Below, in pieces: positions 39,591 through 52,345 of a stretch of 64,000 bases of DNA. Below the pieces are notes generated by a model. It had not been told where the DNA came from and made no database searches. It saw only the letters and a program-made list of their open reading frames with translations. This DNA comes from Rhizophagus irregularis (taxonomy: Eukaryota): contig NC_089429.1 of NCBI RefSeq assembly GCF_026210795.1, forward strand, positions 2,666,001 through 2,730,000, given 5' to 3'. The position numbers and the translations under genes were made by a program. Position 1 is the first letter of the stretch. Every line of letters begins with the position of its first letter.

Positions 39591-42500
39591 ATGGAAAAAT
39601 ACACTTCACAAGATGTATATAATAATAAAGCTGATTCTATAAGTAGTTTTACGTCAAACGACACACTAGTAGAACTAGTAGATTTAACGTATAATAATCG
39701 TGCGAGTATTCTTTATAATGATGATGAATCATTAAATTATGGCAAAGCATCAACGGAAGACGAAAATACGCAGCAAATTACAAGTCAGAAGTTAAGAGAC
39801 TCAATACTTAAAAAAACCAGCATCAAAGCCACAACATTCACAAGTAAAGATTCAGATCAACATCATTATCATCAACCTTCAAATAATATTAACCCGGATG
39901 GCCGTTCAAAATCAATATATTTACCTGTACAAAAACCTCAATTAAATATTACACCTACATCTTTCTTTCATATATTTCAATTCGCTACATTGTTTGATTA
40001 TCTTCTCATGACGTTAGGAATGTTTTTTAGTATATTAAGCGGTCTAGTGATTCCTCTTTTGTCAAATTTTTTAGGCAGAATATTTGGTGTGTTTACTGAC
40101 AAAGAAACCGGAGTCATAACTAAACGATTATTTGAGCAACGAATAAATTCTTTAATATTTGAATTTACACTGTTAGGGATAGGAGCTTTTGCGCTTACAG
40201 CTTTGATGATTACGTGTTGGATGTGGACTGGTGAAAGACAAGCAAAAAGAATGAAGACAACTTATTTTAAATCTTTATTAAGAATGAACATTAGTTACTT
40301 CGAAAGTGATGAAATAACATCTGGTGGCTTATTGACCAGTGTGAATAAGGATACTGAAGAAATACATAGCGTAATATCTGAACATTTAGGATATTTTATT
40401 CAAGCTATTGTCACGATAACAAGTTGTTTAATATTGGCTTTTATGAAAAATGCCATCCTTACTCTCGTTATATTAGCTTCAACACCGCTTATACTCATTG
40501 TAATTGTTCTCACCTCTCGTACTGCAAGTCCATTGATCGTTAAAGAACGAAATATATTTATAAAGGCTGGTAATATTCTTGAAAATGCTCTTGCGGCCAT
40601 TAAAACAGTTCGCGCATTTAATGGAGAAGAAAAAGAAGAAAAGAAACATTATGAATGTTTACAAGAGGCAAATGATGTATCTTCACGTTTAGCATGGACG
40701 TATGCATTGAGAATAGGTTTAACTCAATTTTTAACCTTGTCCTTATTCTTTCAAGGGTTTTGGTTTGGTTCAACATTAGTTGCTGATAAAAAATTGGCTC
40801 CAGGTGATATTCTCAGTGTATTCTATGCCTGTTTATTAGGGTTGAGCGTATTAAAAGGTATATTACCTAAGTTAGTTGCGATATCAAGAGCGAAAAATGC
40901 TATCCAGCCCATAAAAGAATTATTAGAAAGAATCGCAAGAATGGAATTATATGCTTTAAATGGGTTTAAGATCCCAAATATTGAAGGAAATATAAATTTT
41001 AATCAAGTTAGTTTCTCATATCCTAGTCGTCCGGATACGCTAGTTTTGAGAAATGTTAATTTATCAATTCCTGCGGGAAAAACAACCGTTTTAGTCGGTC
41101 AAAGTGGTTCAGGGAAATCTACAATAACACAATTAATTCAAAGACTCTACGAACCTAATGATGGTTTAATTACATTAGATGGGCGTGAATTAAGAATACT
41201 TAATGTTTCTTGGTTAAGGCAACAAATTGGTATTGTAAGCCAAGAACCGATTCTTTTTAATGATACAATTTTTAAAAATATTGCTTATGGAAAAGTTGAT
41301 TATTGGAATACGACAATGGATGAAGTTATCAAGGCTTGCAAACTTGCTTGCATTCATGATACTATAGAATCCCTTCCAAATGGTTATGAAACTCATTTAA
41401 GTGAGATGGGTAAAAATCTTTCTGGAGGGCAACGCCAAAGAATTGCGATCGCCCGCGCTTTAATAAAAGATCCTGCGATTCTTATCCTAGATGAAGCAAC
41501 AAGCGCTCTTGATATGACTTCGGATTTAAAAGTACAAGAAGCACTTGAAAATTGTCGACAAAATAGAACTACAATCGTTGTCACTCACCAATTGAAACAT
41601 ATTGGTGATAAAGATCTTATTTATGTATTGCATGAAGGAAAAATTGTTGAATCTGGAATAAAGGCTGAATTATTAAATTTGAATGGCTATTATAGCAAAC
41701 TTGCGAATGAACATTCTTCAAATCCAAATCGTAAAACACATGAATTAAACAGTATTAATATGAAATTAAAGAGACAACTTACATTATTATTTCATGATCC
41801 TCAAAAACCACCAACAAACGTGAACTCATCCATTAAACGTTCCCAAAGTGCTAGAAAATCTCGATCTGGATGGCGACAATCAATTATCGAAGAATATACG
41901 TTTAACAATAGTAATGATATTATGGTGGATGTGATTCAGGGGACTGCTACCGAAGCAATCTCGAAAAGATACGCTGATAAATCGGCAATAGATGATATTA
42001 TTAGTTATTATGAAGATAATATAGAAATACTTGTAACTGATGAATCATCATCCGCAAATAATAATATGAGTATCTTTGAACTTATTAGAAAAACTATGGA
42101 TAAAAAAGTATTTTATGGAGTTGGGATTCTTTCTGCAATGATTGATGGAGGCATCAGTCCCATATTTTCAGTTGTTTTGGCAAATTTATTAAATACGTAC
42201 TCTATACCCGATAGAAATGAGCTTCTTAAAAGTTCGAGAATATTTGCTCTTTACGTGCTTTTGATTGCCGCAGTAAGTGGAACGTCAGGGCTTTTGAAAT
42301 ATTTCTTACTCGAAAGAGCTTCAGAAAGGTGGGCAGTCCGTTTAAGACATATGGGATTTGGGAATGTGTTACGTCAACCTCAATCATGGTTTGATAAATC
42401 AGAAAACGCAACCGGTAAAGTGACTACAATACTTATTTCAGATACTGAATCGGCGAAATTCTTAATAGGACATTTTGCAGGAAATGTAGTTATTGGATTG

Positions 42501-43799
42501 GTTTCTTTATTAGGTGGAGCTATCTGGGCATTTATAGTTGGATGGCAACTAACTTTGGTTGGATTTGGATCGGTTCCCATTCTAATCTTATTTTCAGAAT
42601 TAGAGGGCTATATTCTACAAAAATATGAATTAAAACAAAAAATTGCTACAGAAACTGCAGCAAATGAATTTTATCAAGGAATTTCAAGTGTTCGAACCGT
42701 GTATTCTCTTTCCATCGAAAAGATTATAGAAGATAAATTTCAAGAAGCTCTTCAAAAACCTTTTTTGATTGGAATTAGAAAAGCATTCATCTCTGGCGCA
42801 TCTACGGGGTTTTTAGAAGGGTTATCATATTTTACTAAAGCTTTAACATTTTGGTACGGAGCTCAATTAGTTTCTCAAGGAACTTATGATCTCCAAAAGA
42901 TGCTTATAGTTTGGACTTTGGTTATATTCTGTACAACATCTGCTTCGGGAGTTCTTTCTACAGTTCCATATTATAGTAAAAGTAAACAAGCCATCAAATC
43001 CATTCAGAAAATGATAAACCTTCCGGCTATTCTGGATAATGTTGGTATTTGCCCTGACAAATTACAAGGTTCAATCATGTTTAAAGATGTAAATTTTTCG
43101 TATCCTGAAAGACCTGATATTAAAATTCTTGACAAACTAAGTTTAAAATTAGAGTCTGGACAGTCTGTTGCTTTAGTAGGTAAAAGTGGTAATGGAAAAT
43201 CAACCGTAGCCGCCTTACTACAAAGAATTTATGAGCCAAATAGTGGTTCTATAATGTTAGATTATGAAAATATTGAAGACATTCAATTGAGGTGGTTAAG
43301 AGAGAATATAGGAATTGTTAGTCAAGAACCTGTATTGTTTGATATGACTATAGCGGAAAATATTGCATACGGTAAAGATGATGCCACACAAGAAGAAATT
43401 GAGATTGCTGCCAAACAAGTTAACATGCATGAATTCATTTCATCTTTACCAATTGGCTATAATACGAAACTTGGTTCAACTGGATCTCAATTATCCGGAG
43501 GCGAACGTCAAAGAATTGCCATAGCAAGAGTTCTTATAAGGAACCCTAAAATTCTTATACTTGATGAAGCTACAAGTGCATTAGATACAAAAAATGAGTC
43601 AATTGTTCAAGAAACATTAAACAAAGTTCAACAAGGTCGTACTACTTTAATGATAACTCATCGTCTTAAGAATTTAAGAAAAATGAGTAAAATAGTTCTC
43701 ATTGAAGATGGAAAAATAAAAGAGTCTGGTACTCATAAAGAATTAATGTCACTTCGTGGTGAATATTTTGAATTAATAAGAAGTGGAAATTCGTATTGA
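39591..43799 (+). CDS. Full-size ABCB/MDR transporter, probably STE6/Mam1-like peptide exporter, intronless
   Basis: 1402-aa ORF, TMD-NBD twice; GQSGSGKST, LSGGQRQR, LDEATSALD, GKSGNGKST and LSGGERQR. Confidence 0.93.
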   Translation: MEKYTSQDVYNNKADSISSFTSNDTLVELVDLTYNNRASILYNDDESLNYGKASTEDENTQQITSQKLRDSILKKTSIKATTFTSKDSDQHHYHQPSNNINPDGRSKSIYLPVQKPQLNITPTSFFHIFQFATLFDYLLMTLGMFFSILSGLVIPLLSNFLGRIFGVFTDKETGVITKRLFEQRINSLIFEFTLLGIGAFALTALMITCWMWTGERQAKRMKTTYFKSLLRMNISYFESDEITSGGLLTSVNKDTEEIHSVISEHLGYFIQAIVTITSCLILAFMKNAILTLVILASTPLILIVIVLTSRTASPLIVKERNIFIKAGNILENALAAIKTVRAFNGEEKEEKKHYECLQEANDVSSRLAWTYALRIGLTQFLTLSLFFQGFWFGSTLVADKKLAPGDILSVFYACLLGLSVLKGILPKLVAISRAKNAIQPIKELLERIARMELYALNGFKIPNIEGNINFNQVSFSYPSRPDTLVLRNVNLSIPAGKTTVLVGQSGSGKSTITQLIQRLYEPNDGLITLDGRELRILNVSWLRQQIGIVSQEPILFNDTIFKNIAYGKVDYWNTTMDEVIKACKLACIHDTIESLPNGYETHLSEMGKNLSGGQRQRIAIARALIKDPAILILDEATSALDMTSDLKVQEALENCRQNRTTIVVTHQLKHIGDKDLIYVLHEGKIVESGIKAELLNLNGYYSKLANEHSSNPNRKTHELNSINMKLKRQLTLLFHDPQKPPTNVNSSIKRSQSARKSRSGWRQSIIEEYTFNNSNDIMVDVIQGTATEAISKRYADKSAIDDIISYYEDNIEILVTDESSSANNNMSIFELIRKTMDKKVFYGVGILSAMIDGGISPIFSVVLANLLNTYSIPDRNELLKSSRIFALYVLLIAAVSGTSGLLKYFLLERASERWAVRLRHMGFGNVLRQPQSWFDKSENATGKVTTILISDTESAKFLIGHFAGNVVIGLVSLLGGAIWAFIVGWQLTLVGFGSVPILILFSELEGYILQKYELKQKIATETAANEFYQGISSVRTVYSLSIEKIIEDKFQEALQKPFLIGIRKAFISGASTGFLEGLSYFTKALTFWYGAQLVSQGTYDLQKMLIVWTLVIFCTTSASGVLSTVPYYSKSKQAIKSIQKMINLPAILDNVGICPDKLQGSIMFKDVNFSYPERPDIKILDKLSLKLESGQSVALVGKSGNGKSTVAALLQRIYEPNSGSIMLDYENIEDIQLRWLRENIGIVSQEPVLFDMTIAENIAYGKDDATQEEIEIAAKQVNMHEFISSLPIGYNTKLGSTGSQLSGGERQRIAIARVLIRNPKILILDEATSALDTKNESIVQETLNKVQQGRTTLMITHRLKNLRKMSKIVLIEDGKIKESGTHKELMSLRGEYFELIRSGNSY

Positions 43800-44218
43800 A
43801 ATTTTATTCATTAAAAAATTTATTTATTTATTATTTATTTTATTTATTATATTGTATTTTCTTAATTTATTTTTTTTTAGTTTATTTGTAGATATAATTC
43901 ATTTAATTCATTCATCTTTAATAAAAAATTAAAAACACGTGCATAATAAAATAACGTGTAAAAAAATTTTAAGCATCGAAATGACGTCAATTTGAAATAA
44001 TTTACTGCGCATCTTGTGAATTTGCCAATACTTTTTGCCAATTATGACTTAATTTTTTAGGGACGCCCGTTCATTGTTACAATACCATTATATTAAAAAT
44101 GGACAAGAAAAGAAACTTCCGATATTTCCCGTTTTATCTATTAATAGAAACAAGCTTGATAATTTTTACATAAAAGCAGGATCGTAGCCTTTTTTCGTCT
44201 ACGAATTCTTTTTAAAAA

Positions 44219-46445
44219 ATGAGCAATTTAACTGTTACGCCATCTGGAGAAGGAAGGCAAACGACTATTTTTGATACTTTTAAAAGTTTTACCAAAGATA
44301 ATTTGTCACATGAAGTTCGTAGAAATCTTTCTAAATTAGATCCTAGGTTACCTGAAGATTTGAAAAATATTACTCTCTATTTAAAAGAAGAGAAAAATGT
44401 TTTAACAAGTTTACAAAATGCTGCGAATGAAAGAAGAGAAGGTTAGTTTTATCACCGAATTTAAGTATTCTTTGAACATGTCTAAGCATTTTCCTTATTT
44501 AATATTTTAGCGAGCAAATATATTTACGTGTGGGGAAGAGATATGGGTGAAGATATAGCTGTACGTAACAATAACAATTTTTTTTAAAAAAAAATGATTT
44601 TAAACTACCTCATAATAGTTTTCTAATTTTTTTTTTTAATTAGGATGTAACTGAAAAATTGGCCGATTTATTAACAAAAATCTCAGATGTTGAGATCGTA
44701 TTAACAGGTAAGAATAGACAAAATAATTGAGATCATAATTAAAATTCTGTATCTGATTCGAATTTTCATTATAATTGACTCAATTTCACACTTTTAAAGA
44801 AAAATATGAACATTATAGAAATATTATTAAAGAAATTCGTGCAGCTGAGGAGCGTCTTATTGTTCATAAAGAAAGAAAACGAAAAATTAATGATGAAATA
44901 CATAAAATATCGAAATCCCATCCAAGATCACCCAGAATTCCTGAACTTGAAGCTGATCTCAAAATGGTTAATCATGACTCTTTAGCTGATGAAACTGAAG
45001 TTGGTAATATTGTAAGAAAAAAATTTAAAGAAGCTATGGCACTTCATTTAAATGCTACTTTTGAGGCTTCGGAAAAGATTGCTATTATTTCTGGTTTTGG
45101 TTGGGATCTTATTGAACAAATTGATCCTACTCCTATTAAACCTGGGGAATCAAGGGAATATAAAGGTAAAAAATAAAATAAAATAAAATAAAATATTTAT
45201 TTGTTAAAAAAATTTTTTTTTAATTAATAATACCAATACTTACAATTATTTATTATAGGTCGGGAAATATCTTCACAGGCTATTAAAGATTGTCAAATTG
45301 CTTTACATCGTTGGCAACCATCTCCGTCAGAAGTTAGACCTCTTTTACCAGCTTTAACTAATACTGCGCCAGCACAATTAGCAACCCAAAAAGCAGAATA
45401 TGAAGCAAAAATTAGTCAAATTACAGGTTCTATGACTGCTTTGAAAGATGAACATGATACTCAAGTTGCTGATTTTGCAAAAAGTTTAGAGAATCAAAAA
45501 CAAGAATATGAAAAACGAATTAATGAATTTGTTGCCGCTTTAGCCGCACAAAAAGATGGATATGAAGCACAACTTAATGATTTATCTGCTGCATTGCAAG
45601 CAGAGAAAGGAGAGTCTGACTCAAAAATTGATGCACTCAATGCAGCTTTAGAAGCTGAAAAACAAGCTTCAGAAAAAAAGGTTAATGAAATTTCTACTGC
45701 GCTAGAAAATTCAAAGAAACAACATGAGGAACAATTAAGACAATATAATCTCGTAATTTCTCAAAAACAAGAATACGAGGTGGCACTTAGAGAGAGAGAT
45801 TCAATTATTTCTAAACTTCAAGCTGATGTTAATAGTGTGGCAACAGAAAAGGGAAAATTATCTCAAGTGGTAAAAGAATTAGAAGAAACTCTCAAGTCTA
45901 AATCTACAACAATTGATCAAAAAGAAGATAAGATTAGTAAATTAGAAGATGATATTTCTAGTATAAAGGACCAGCTTTCAGGATTAAAAATATCATCACC
46001 TGATACGACACAACTATCGAATCCTTCAAGCGGAAATACACGTCAAGTTGTAGGAAACGTTCCAGTTTCTGGAGAAGGTAGTAAAGAAGAAACTCTTAGC
46101 CGCTCTGATTCTAATGCTACAGATCAAGGACAAGTTCCTCTTATGAGCGGTCAATATCAGCCTGGTGGTTTTGGACATCCACCACCTCCCCCACAAGGAT
46201 ATTATGGTCAACAATATTATCAACAACAGCCATATTATCAACAACAATTTTATCAGCAAGGTCAACCTCCATTTGGTGGTTATCAACAACAACAGCCGCC
46301 ACCAGGACAGTTTGGTCAAGCTGGACCTACACCACAGCCACCAGGTAATTTTGTTGGTGGCTTCTTCCTTGGACCTCCTGATGAAGCACCGCCGGCCTAT
46401 GATGGACCACCAAAGGAAGGATTTCCCGAAGATAAAAAAGATTAA
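44219..46445 (+). CDS. Eisosome Pil1/Lsp1-family BAR protein with C-terminal coiled coil and Q/P/G tail, 5 exons
   Basis: KEEKNVL...WG.D...DI.DVTEKL...YR..IKEIR..E...EKIAIISGFG...PGESREYKG matches the Pil1/Lsp1 pattern; GT-AG introns. Confidence 0.87.
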
Positions 46446-47240
46446 TGGACACAATCTTATTTTGGATTATTATTATTACTATTATTTATTTATTTATTTA
46501 TTTATTTATTGTTTATTAAATAATAATTAAGTCTTCTATTAGTAGTCGAATCTATTTACTGTATTATATATGTCATTAGAATATTTCTCCTTTTATTGTA
46601 TTCATCATTTTTTATTGAATAAATTCTGTAAGTCACGTGAAATTCTAACAGAGTCGGTTAATGGCCTCGATTAAATATTTGGCCAGAGTTAACGACAGAT
46701 CTAGAATTGTATATGTTATCACTGATTTGGTCTGGAGTGATAACTAACGTCAGAGATGTCAAACTGATCAGTTGTGGCAAAAAGGTCAAATAATAAGATT
46801 ATAGGTGTTTCAATAATTTGTGACGAAAATATAGGATAATTCCCAATAGAAAATTAATAATGAAAGTATAATTCTGGTAAATAATGTAAGGGTTTCTTGA
46901 GAATAAAAACCTATCAAACAAATAATGAAAGACAAAATACAAGGTAACACAAGTAAATACGCGAAAAGTTTACTGAAAAAACTAACAATTGAATCATACA
47001 AAAAAAAAACAATACTTCAACTTTTATTCAAAAGATAATATTGCCATATATGTTTACATTTTCACACATGACAGTTTGAACTTATCAATATTATCCTATT
47101 ATACTAATATGATTAATCAATCAATTGTCCTTTTTTCATTGCAATTATCTGCAAAAACCTTTCTATTACCATTTTGTACAAGTCCACATGTCTATATAAT
47201 TCATCAACTATGTAAATCTCAAGAAACTTCTCTAGCTAAC

Positions 47241-47450
47241 CAGTGTGTAAAATCTATGTGCACAAGATGCACATGTGCACATTAGTTTTTAAATGTGCAC
47301 AGTTACATAACAAAAAATGTGCACAAATTATTACTAAAAATAGATAAATTATATATAAAAAAGGCAATTTTACGGATTTGTTATGATTTCTTAATTTAGT
47401 AATAAATTTATCAACTTGTGCATATGACTTTTGGTTCAGATCTTACACTG
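47241..47450. mobile_element. hAT-type MITE
   Basis: CAGTGTGTAAAATCT...AGATCTTACACTG; TSD TAGCTAAC/TAATTAAC. Confidence 0.7.
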
Positions 47451-47764
47451 TAATTAACTAACCAATACTTATAATTGAATATTTATAATTAATGTAAGTA
47501 ACTAATAAAACTAAAATATATTATAAGAAATGTTCCATATTGTAATAAACTCAGCTATAATCATGGGATTTCTGCACACTACATCATGTGACTTGTTTGA
47601 TCTTCAACTATTTTCATAGGTAACTTTAACAATTATTTTAATTAATTCTTTTTTAAGCAAAAATTTTAGTAACATAGTATACATTAAGATCCTGTTAGAA
47701 AATTAGATAACTTATTTTCCTCTTATTTATTTAATTTAAAACAAGTACAATCATTTTATTAATA

Positions 47765-47959
47765 CAGTCAGTTCTTTTATAGTGACACCTCTCAGAACTG
47801 AAAAAAAGGGTGTGATTATAAAAAAAGTCATATGTTGTGATTATAGAGAAGGTTTTTCTAATATATTTATTAATAAATTAAGCCAAAATATGGTATGCTT
47901 ATAAAGGAGAATTTTATATGATATAATCATATGGGAGTGACTATATAAGGGGTCAACTG
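47765..47959. mobile_element. Tc1/mariner-type MITE
   Basis: TA-CAGTC...AACTG-TA with imperfect TIRs. Confidence 0.7.
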
Positions 47960-48336
47960 TACTACCTTAGCAGTAATTTTTTATGACAATCTAAAATATA
48001 ATAATCAAGCAATTACGCTGGTATTAAGCTACGAGTTATTAGCTGATTACGATAATAATGAAGTTACTATAAATTATTCAATAATAGTTTTACGATTATT
48101 TTCGATATAAATAATAAAATCTTTGTTTTATCATACTTATCTATATAAGATATAATATCATTTTAATATATACAATTATTTTATACTATACAGTCTACTC
48201 TTGATATAGCGAAAAAATCATTCTGCACCTCAAATTCGTTATAGTAAATTAACGAAGAATTTGAAGAATTTGATTAGTTATTTCATTATAGTAAGGGAAA
48301 TTAGGATTGTAAGAGTTACATTACATAGGTTACGAT

Positions 48337-48625
48337 TAGTGTTTGGAATCATGTAACAGTTATTCGAATAACTCGAGTATATTTGAGTATTCGAATAAGC
48401 ATAGTGGTTATTCGAGTATTCATTTAGCCAGATATAGTATAGTTAAAATTCTAATTGGGCATTAAATCCTTAAATTTAACTGAGTTAAAATCATAATTCA
48501 GGCTAAAAATTATGTAAATCATTACTATAAAAGGAAATTTAACTTATTCAAATATTATTCGAATACACTTTATAAATTTAAATGAATACTCGAGTGTATT
48601 CGAATATATTCGATTCCAAACACTA
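48337..48625. mobile_element. hAT-type MITE (same family as 18347-18636)
   Basis: Perfect 8-bp TSD GTTACGAT. Confidence 0.93.
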
Positions 48626-49241
48626 GTTACGATACATATAAATTATACTGTAAGTTATATTAACCCCTTGTAATTTACAACTTATATTATAATATATGAT
48701 TAATTTCTATTGGTTATATTATGTGATCAAACTTTCCCAAATTAATGCATAAAATAAAACAATTTATCAACTTTATTTATTTTCTTAAAAAATTACATTT
48801 TTACAATCATATTTTTTAAAATTAATCATTAATTTTAAAAATTGGAATCATTATATTATAATTTTACTTACTGAAAAATATTGTTTTCTAATTATTCTAA
48901 TATTATTTCCAAAATCTCCCAATATAATTTATATGTAATTTACAAAACTTAAAATGTAATTTACATTAAAATTTTTTAAAATACTGTAATTTTACAACCT
49001 TAGGGAAAATTGACATATTTAATTAGCTAAACGTCACGTTATACTTTTCGTCAAAATAATAAAATACTAATTAAATTTATTTTGACAAACATAATGTATT
49101 TTGACAGATGTAATTAATTCATAGTAATTTTATAATAAATAGTGAATTGGTCCGTTCACTGAAATATGATGTAATTAATTAGCGAAGAAGTATACGTCAC
49201 GTAATTCGTTATATTAAAATTCGCTATAAGAAGAGTAAACT

Positions 49242-49507
49242 TAAGGATAGGAGTTAATTAACGATTAATTTGGTTAATTATGTTTAACTAAAATTGGTTA
49301 ATTAATGGTTAATTTGGTTAATTATAAATTAACTAATCAAAAAAGAAATTTAAATCATATGATTATAGTTAATTTGGCTTAAACTAACAAAATTAATACA
49401 TTTGACCAGAATTATAAAGTTAATCAATGGTTAAATAACAGTTAATTAACAGTTAATTAACTGGTTAATTAACCAAATTATAATTAACCGTTAATTTACC
49501 ATCTCTA
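49242..49507. mobile_element. hAT-type MITE rich in GTTAATT repeats
   Basis: 8-bp TSD AGTAAACT/GGTAAACT; right end CCATCTCTA. Confidence 0.75.
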
Positions 49508-49574
49508 GGTAAACTGTATTTTATTTTATAATATTATATTAATTATAAATTAATATAATTAATATTATAAAGTA

Positions 49575-50545
49575 ACTAGAAATGAAATGTTAGAAATGTT
49601 TCTTTAAACTCAAACAAATAAGAAAAGTCCTTCTTCCTTATTTACCTTTAAAAGTATGGTATGTACAAAAATCCAAGCATCCCTAAAAAAAAAAATAAAA
49701 ATGAAACATTAGAAATGTTTCTTTAAAGTCAAACAAATAAAAAAACCCCCTTCTCTTTCCAATTTACCTTTAAAGTCCATATATACAAAAAATCCAAACA
49801 TTTCTAAAAAAAAAAAAATAAAAATAAAACGTTAGAAATATTTCTTTAAAGTTAAACAAATAAAAAAATCCCTTCTCTTTTTGATTTACCTTTAAAGTTC
49901 GTATATATAAAAAATCCAAGCATCTCTAAAAAAAAAAATAAAAATAAAATATTAGAAACATTTCTTTAAAGTCAAACAAATAAAAAAACCCTTTCTTTTC
50001 CCAATTTATCTTTAAAGTCCATATATACAAAAAATCTGGAAACCTTAGAAAAGAAATAGAAAATGAAACGTTAGAAATATTTTTTTAAAGTTAAACAAAA
50101 CTTTCTTCTTTTTCCAATTTACTTTTAAAATCTGGTATATTCAAGAAATCCGAAAACTCTAAAAAAAAATGAGAAATAAAATGTTAAAAATATTTCTTTA
50201 AAGTCAAACAAATAAAAAAAGTTCTTTTTTCTAAAGTTTGACATATACAAAAAACTTAGCATTCTTAAAAAAAATAAAAAATAAAATATTAAAAATGTTT
50301 TTTTAAAGTCAAACAAAAAAACTCACTTCTTTCTAATTTATCTTTAAAGTTTAGTATATATAAGAAATCCAGAAACCTTAGAAAAAAAAGATAAGAAATA
50401 AACTGTCAAAAATATTTCTTTAAAACCAAATAAGAAAAAAAATATACTTATTATTCCAGTCTGCCGAAACCTAAAAAAAAAAACCAAAAAAAAGATTATT
50501 TTGTTTATTATAAACATAAAAATCCGATTCTATATTGCCTACAAA
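49575..50545 (-). repeat. Second intron/micro-exon tandem array, ~115-120-bp unit, about 7 copies
   Basis: On the minus strand each unit reads GTAAAT...TTTCTAAC...T-tract TAG followed by a ~36-nt exon. Confidence 0.78.
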
Positions 50546-50618
50546 AATATAAATTAATTAGTACTAGTTATAAAAATTATCAAGCAGCAATCTGCAAATA
50601 AAGTAGAAAGGATTGGAA

Positions 50619-50845
50619 TAGGACCCTGCTTATTTATAATAAAAGTTACTGTAGAAAATTGGCCCTTTACTAATAGTTTTTACCTTACTTTTTTCTTAAA
50701 TTCTATTGGTTAATTAGCTAAAAAGAAAAAAAATCATAACAATATAACATAAAATTTCCTTTTATAGTAGGATCTGCAAAGAATTTTATATATGATTTTT
50801 ATCTTAAGCCTGGGGTAACCTATCTTATAAGTAAGCGGAGTCCTA
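50619..50845. mobile_element. CAGG family 2 MITE, 6-bp TSD
   Basis: TAGGACCCTGCTTATTTATAA...TTATAAGTAAGCGGAGTCCTA; TSD TTGGAA. Confidence 0.9.
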
Positions 50846-51247
50846 TTGGAATACATTTACGAACCTGAATACTTTCTTTGCAATACAAATTCTTTTTATC
50901 TCTTTAAACTATCAAAAAATGATGATAAATTCTAGTTTCAATTTTATTTTGTCAATAATAAGCTTCTGGGAAAAAATCAATGAATATTGCATAAGTCATA
51001 TAAATTCTTTCTGGTTTATTGACAAATTGCCACTTAATCCTTATACTTACAGTCAGTATTTTTAGTTAGATTAATTTCACAATGAAATATCATCTTCAAG
51101 TTTGATTAACAAATCCATTATAAGCATATACAACACTACCGTATATTAAAAGTTTTGATAAAAAAATATATTTGCTGCAAAAAATATGAGAGGCAATTCA
51201 TTCCAATAGTCATGCATTTGTAGGTAATGAGTGATACTTGTCGTTTC

Positions 51248-51491
51248 TAAGGTTGCTTGTCTAAACCTCTTCAAAATCCTACGATTAGTTTCATCAAAAT
51301 TTTACTATAGATTTATTATAGTTTCGGCAGAGTTTCGGCAGTTTCAGCATTTATAATAAGTTTCAGCAGTTTCGCCATTCTCCAAAGTTTCGCCAGTTTT
51401 TTAATATAACTTTAATATAGTTTCGGCAGAATTTCGCTTTTCGGCAAAACGCCATCTTGCCTAAACCCCTAGGCTTCGGCAAGCAACCTTA
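51248..51491. mobile_element. hAT-type MITE
   Basis: TIR TAAGGTTGCTTG/CAAGCAACCTTA; perfect TSD GTCGTTTC. Confidence 0.92.
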
Positions 51492-51670
51492 GTCGTTTCA
51501 GTTGATAGGTGATATATAACTTTTTTCAAGAACATTATATATACTATAGATCAGAATTTCAGAAATTAAAGATTATGACATCAATATTACACAGAAAAAA
51601 AATAAATAATCACATAATTTGCACTTTTGGATTTGAACTTTATTTAACAATATATGATTAAAGATAATAC

Positions 51671-52345
51671 TAGAGTTCCAAATAGGTCAGGTTAGGTCAG
51701 GTTAATTGATAAACCTGACCTGAAATTTTTTTTCAGGTCAGGTCAGGTCAGGTTATATCAGATTATCTGTTTGACCTGACCTGAACTGAAACCTGAAAAT
51801 TTCAGGATTTTTATTAAAATATCAAAAAAAAAACGGTGCAAAACATTTTTTTTTTGAAATATTGCGATTCAGTTTTTTATATTAAAATCATATAAAAAGG
51901 TGAATCGCAATACCGCAACTAACTTTTTAAAAAATAAAAACATAAAATTGATATAAAAAAATGAATTCCGATACTGCAATTCACTTTTTATATATAAAAT
52001 TGATATAAAAAAATGAATTCCGATACCGCAATTCACTTTTTATATATAAAATCGATATAAAAAAGTGAAATCTAATATGCACTGCTTCCTTTTTATTATA
52101 TAAAATCAATATAAAAATAATCATATCGCAAAATTTCAACTTTTATTAACAAAAATCAATATAAAAAGTGAATTATAATACCATAACTCACTTATTATAT
52201 AAAATCATAGTTTCAGGTCAACAGGTCATTCAGGTTATATTGATGTTACAACCTGAACTGATGCTGAATTGCAATTGCTAAACCCTGATAAATTCAGGTC
52301 AACCTGTCAGGTTACCTGAATTTGGTCAACCTATTCGGAACTCTA
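51671..52345. mobile_element. hAT-type MITE with CAGGT subterminal repeats and internal minisatellite
   Basis: TAGAGTTCC...GGAACTCTA; perfect TSD GATAATAC. Confidence 0.93.

Larger units (their letters stand above)
48191..49516. mobile_element. Tc1/pogo-type non-autonomous element with two nested hAT MITEs
   Basis: TA-CAGTCTACTCTTGATATAGCGAA / TTCGCTATAAGAAGAGTAAACT[insert]G-TA. Confidence 0.75.

Noticed and set aside
46026..46530. Overlapping ORFs on the Pil1-like tail
   Set aside because: Shadow frames of low-complexity Q/P/G codons.
46989..47285. Possible CAAX pheromone precursor near the STE6-like gene
   Set aside because: The Cys-rich end lies inside the MITE at 47241-47450 and is not a CAAX box.
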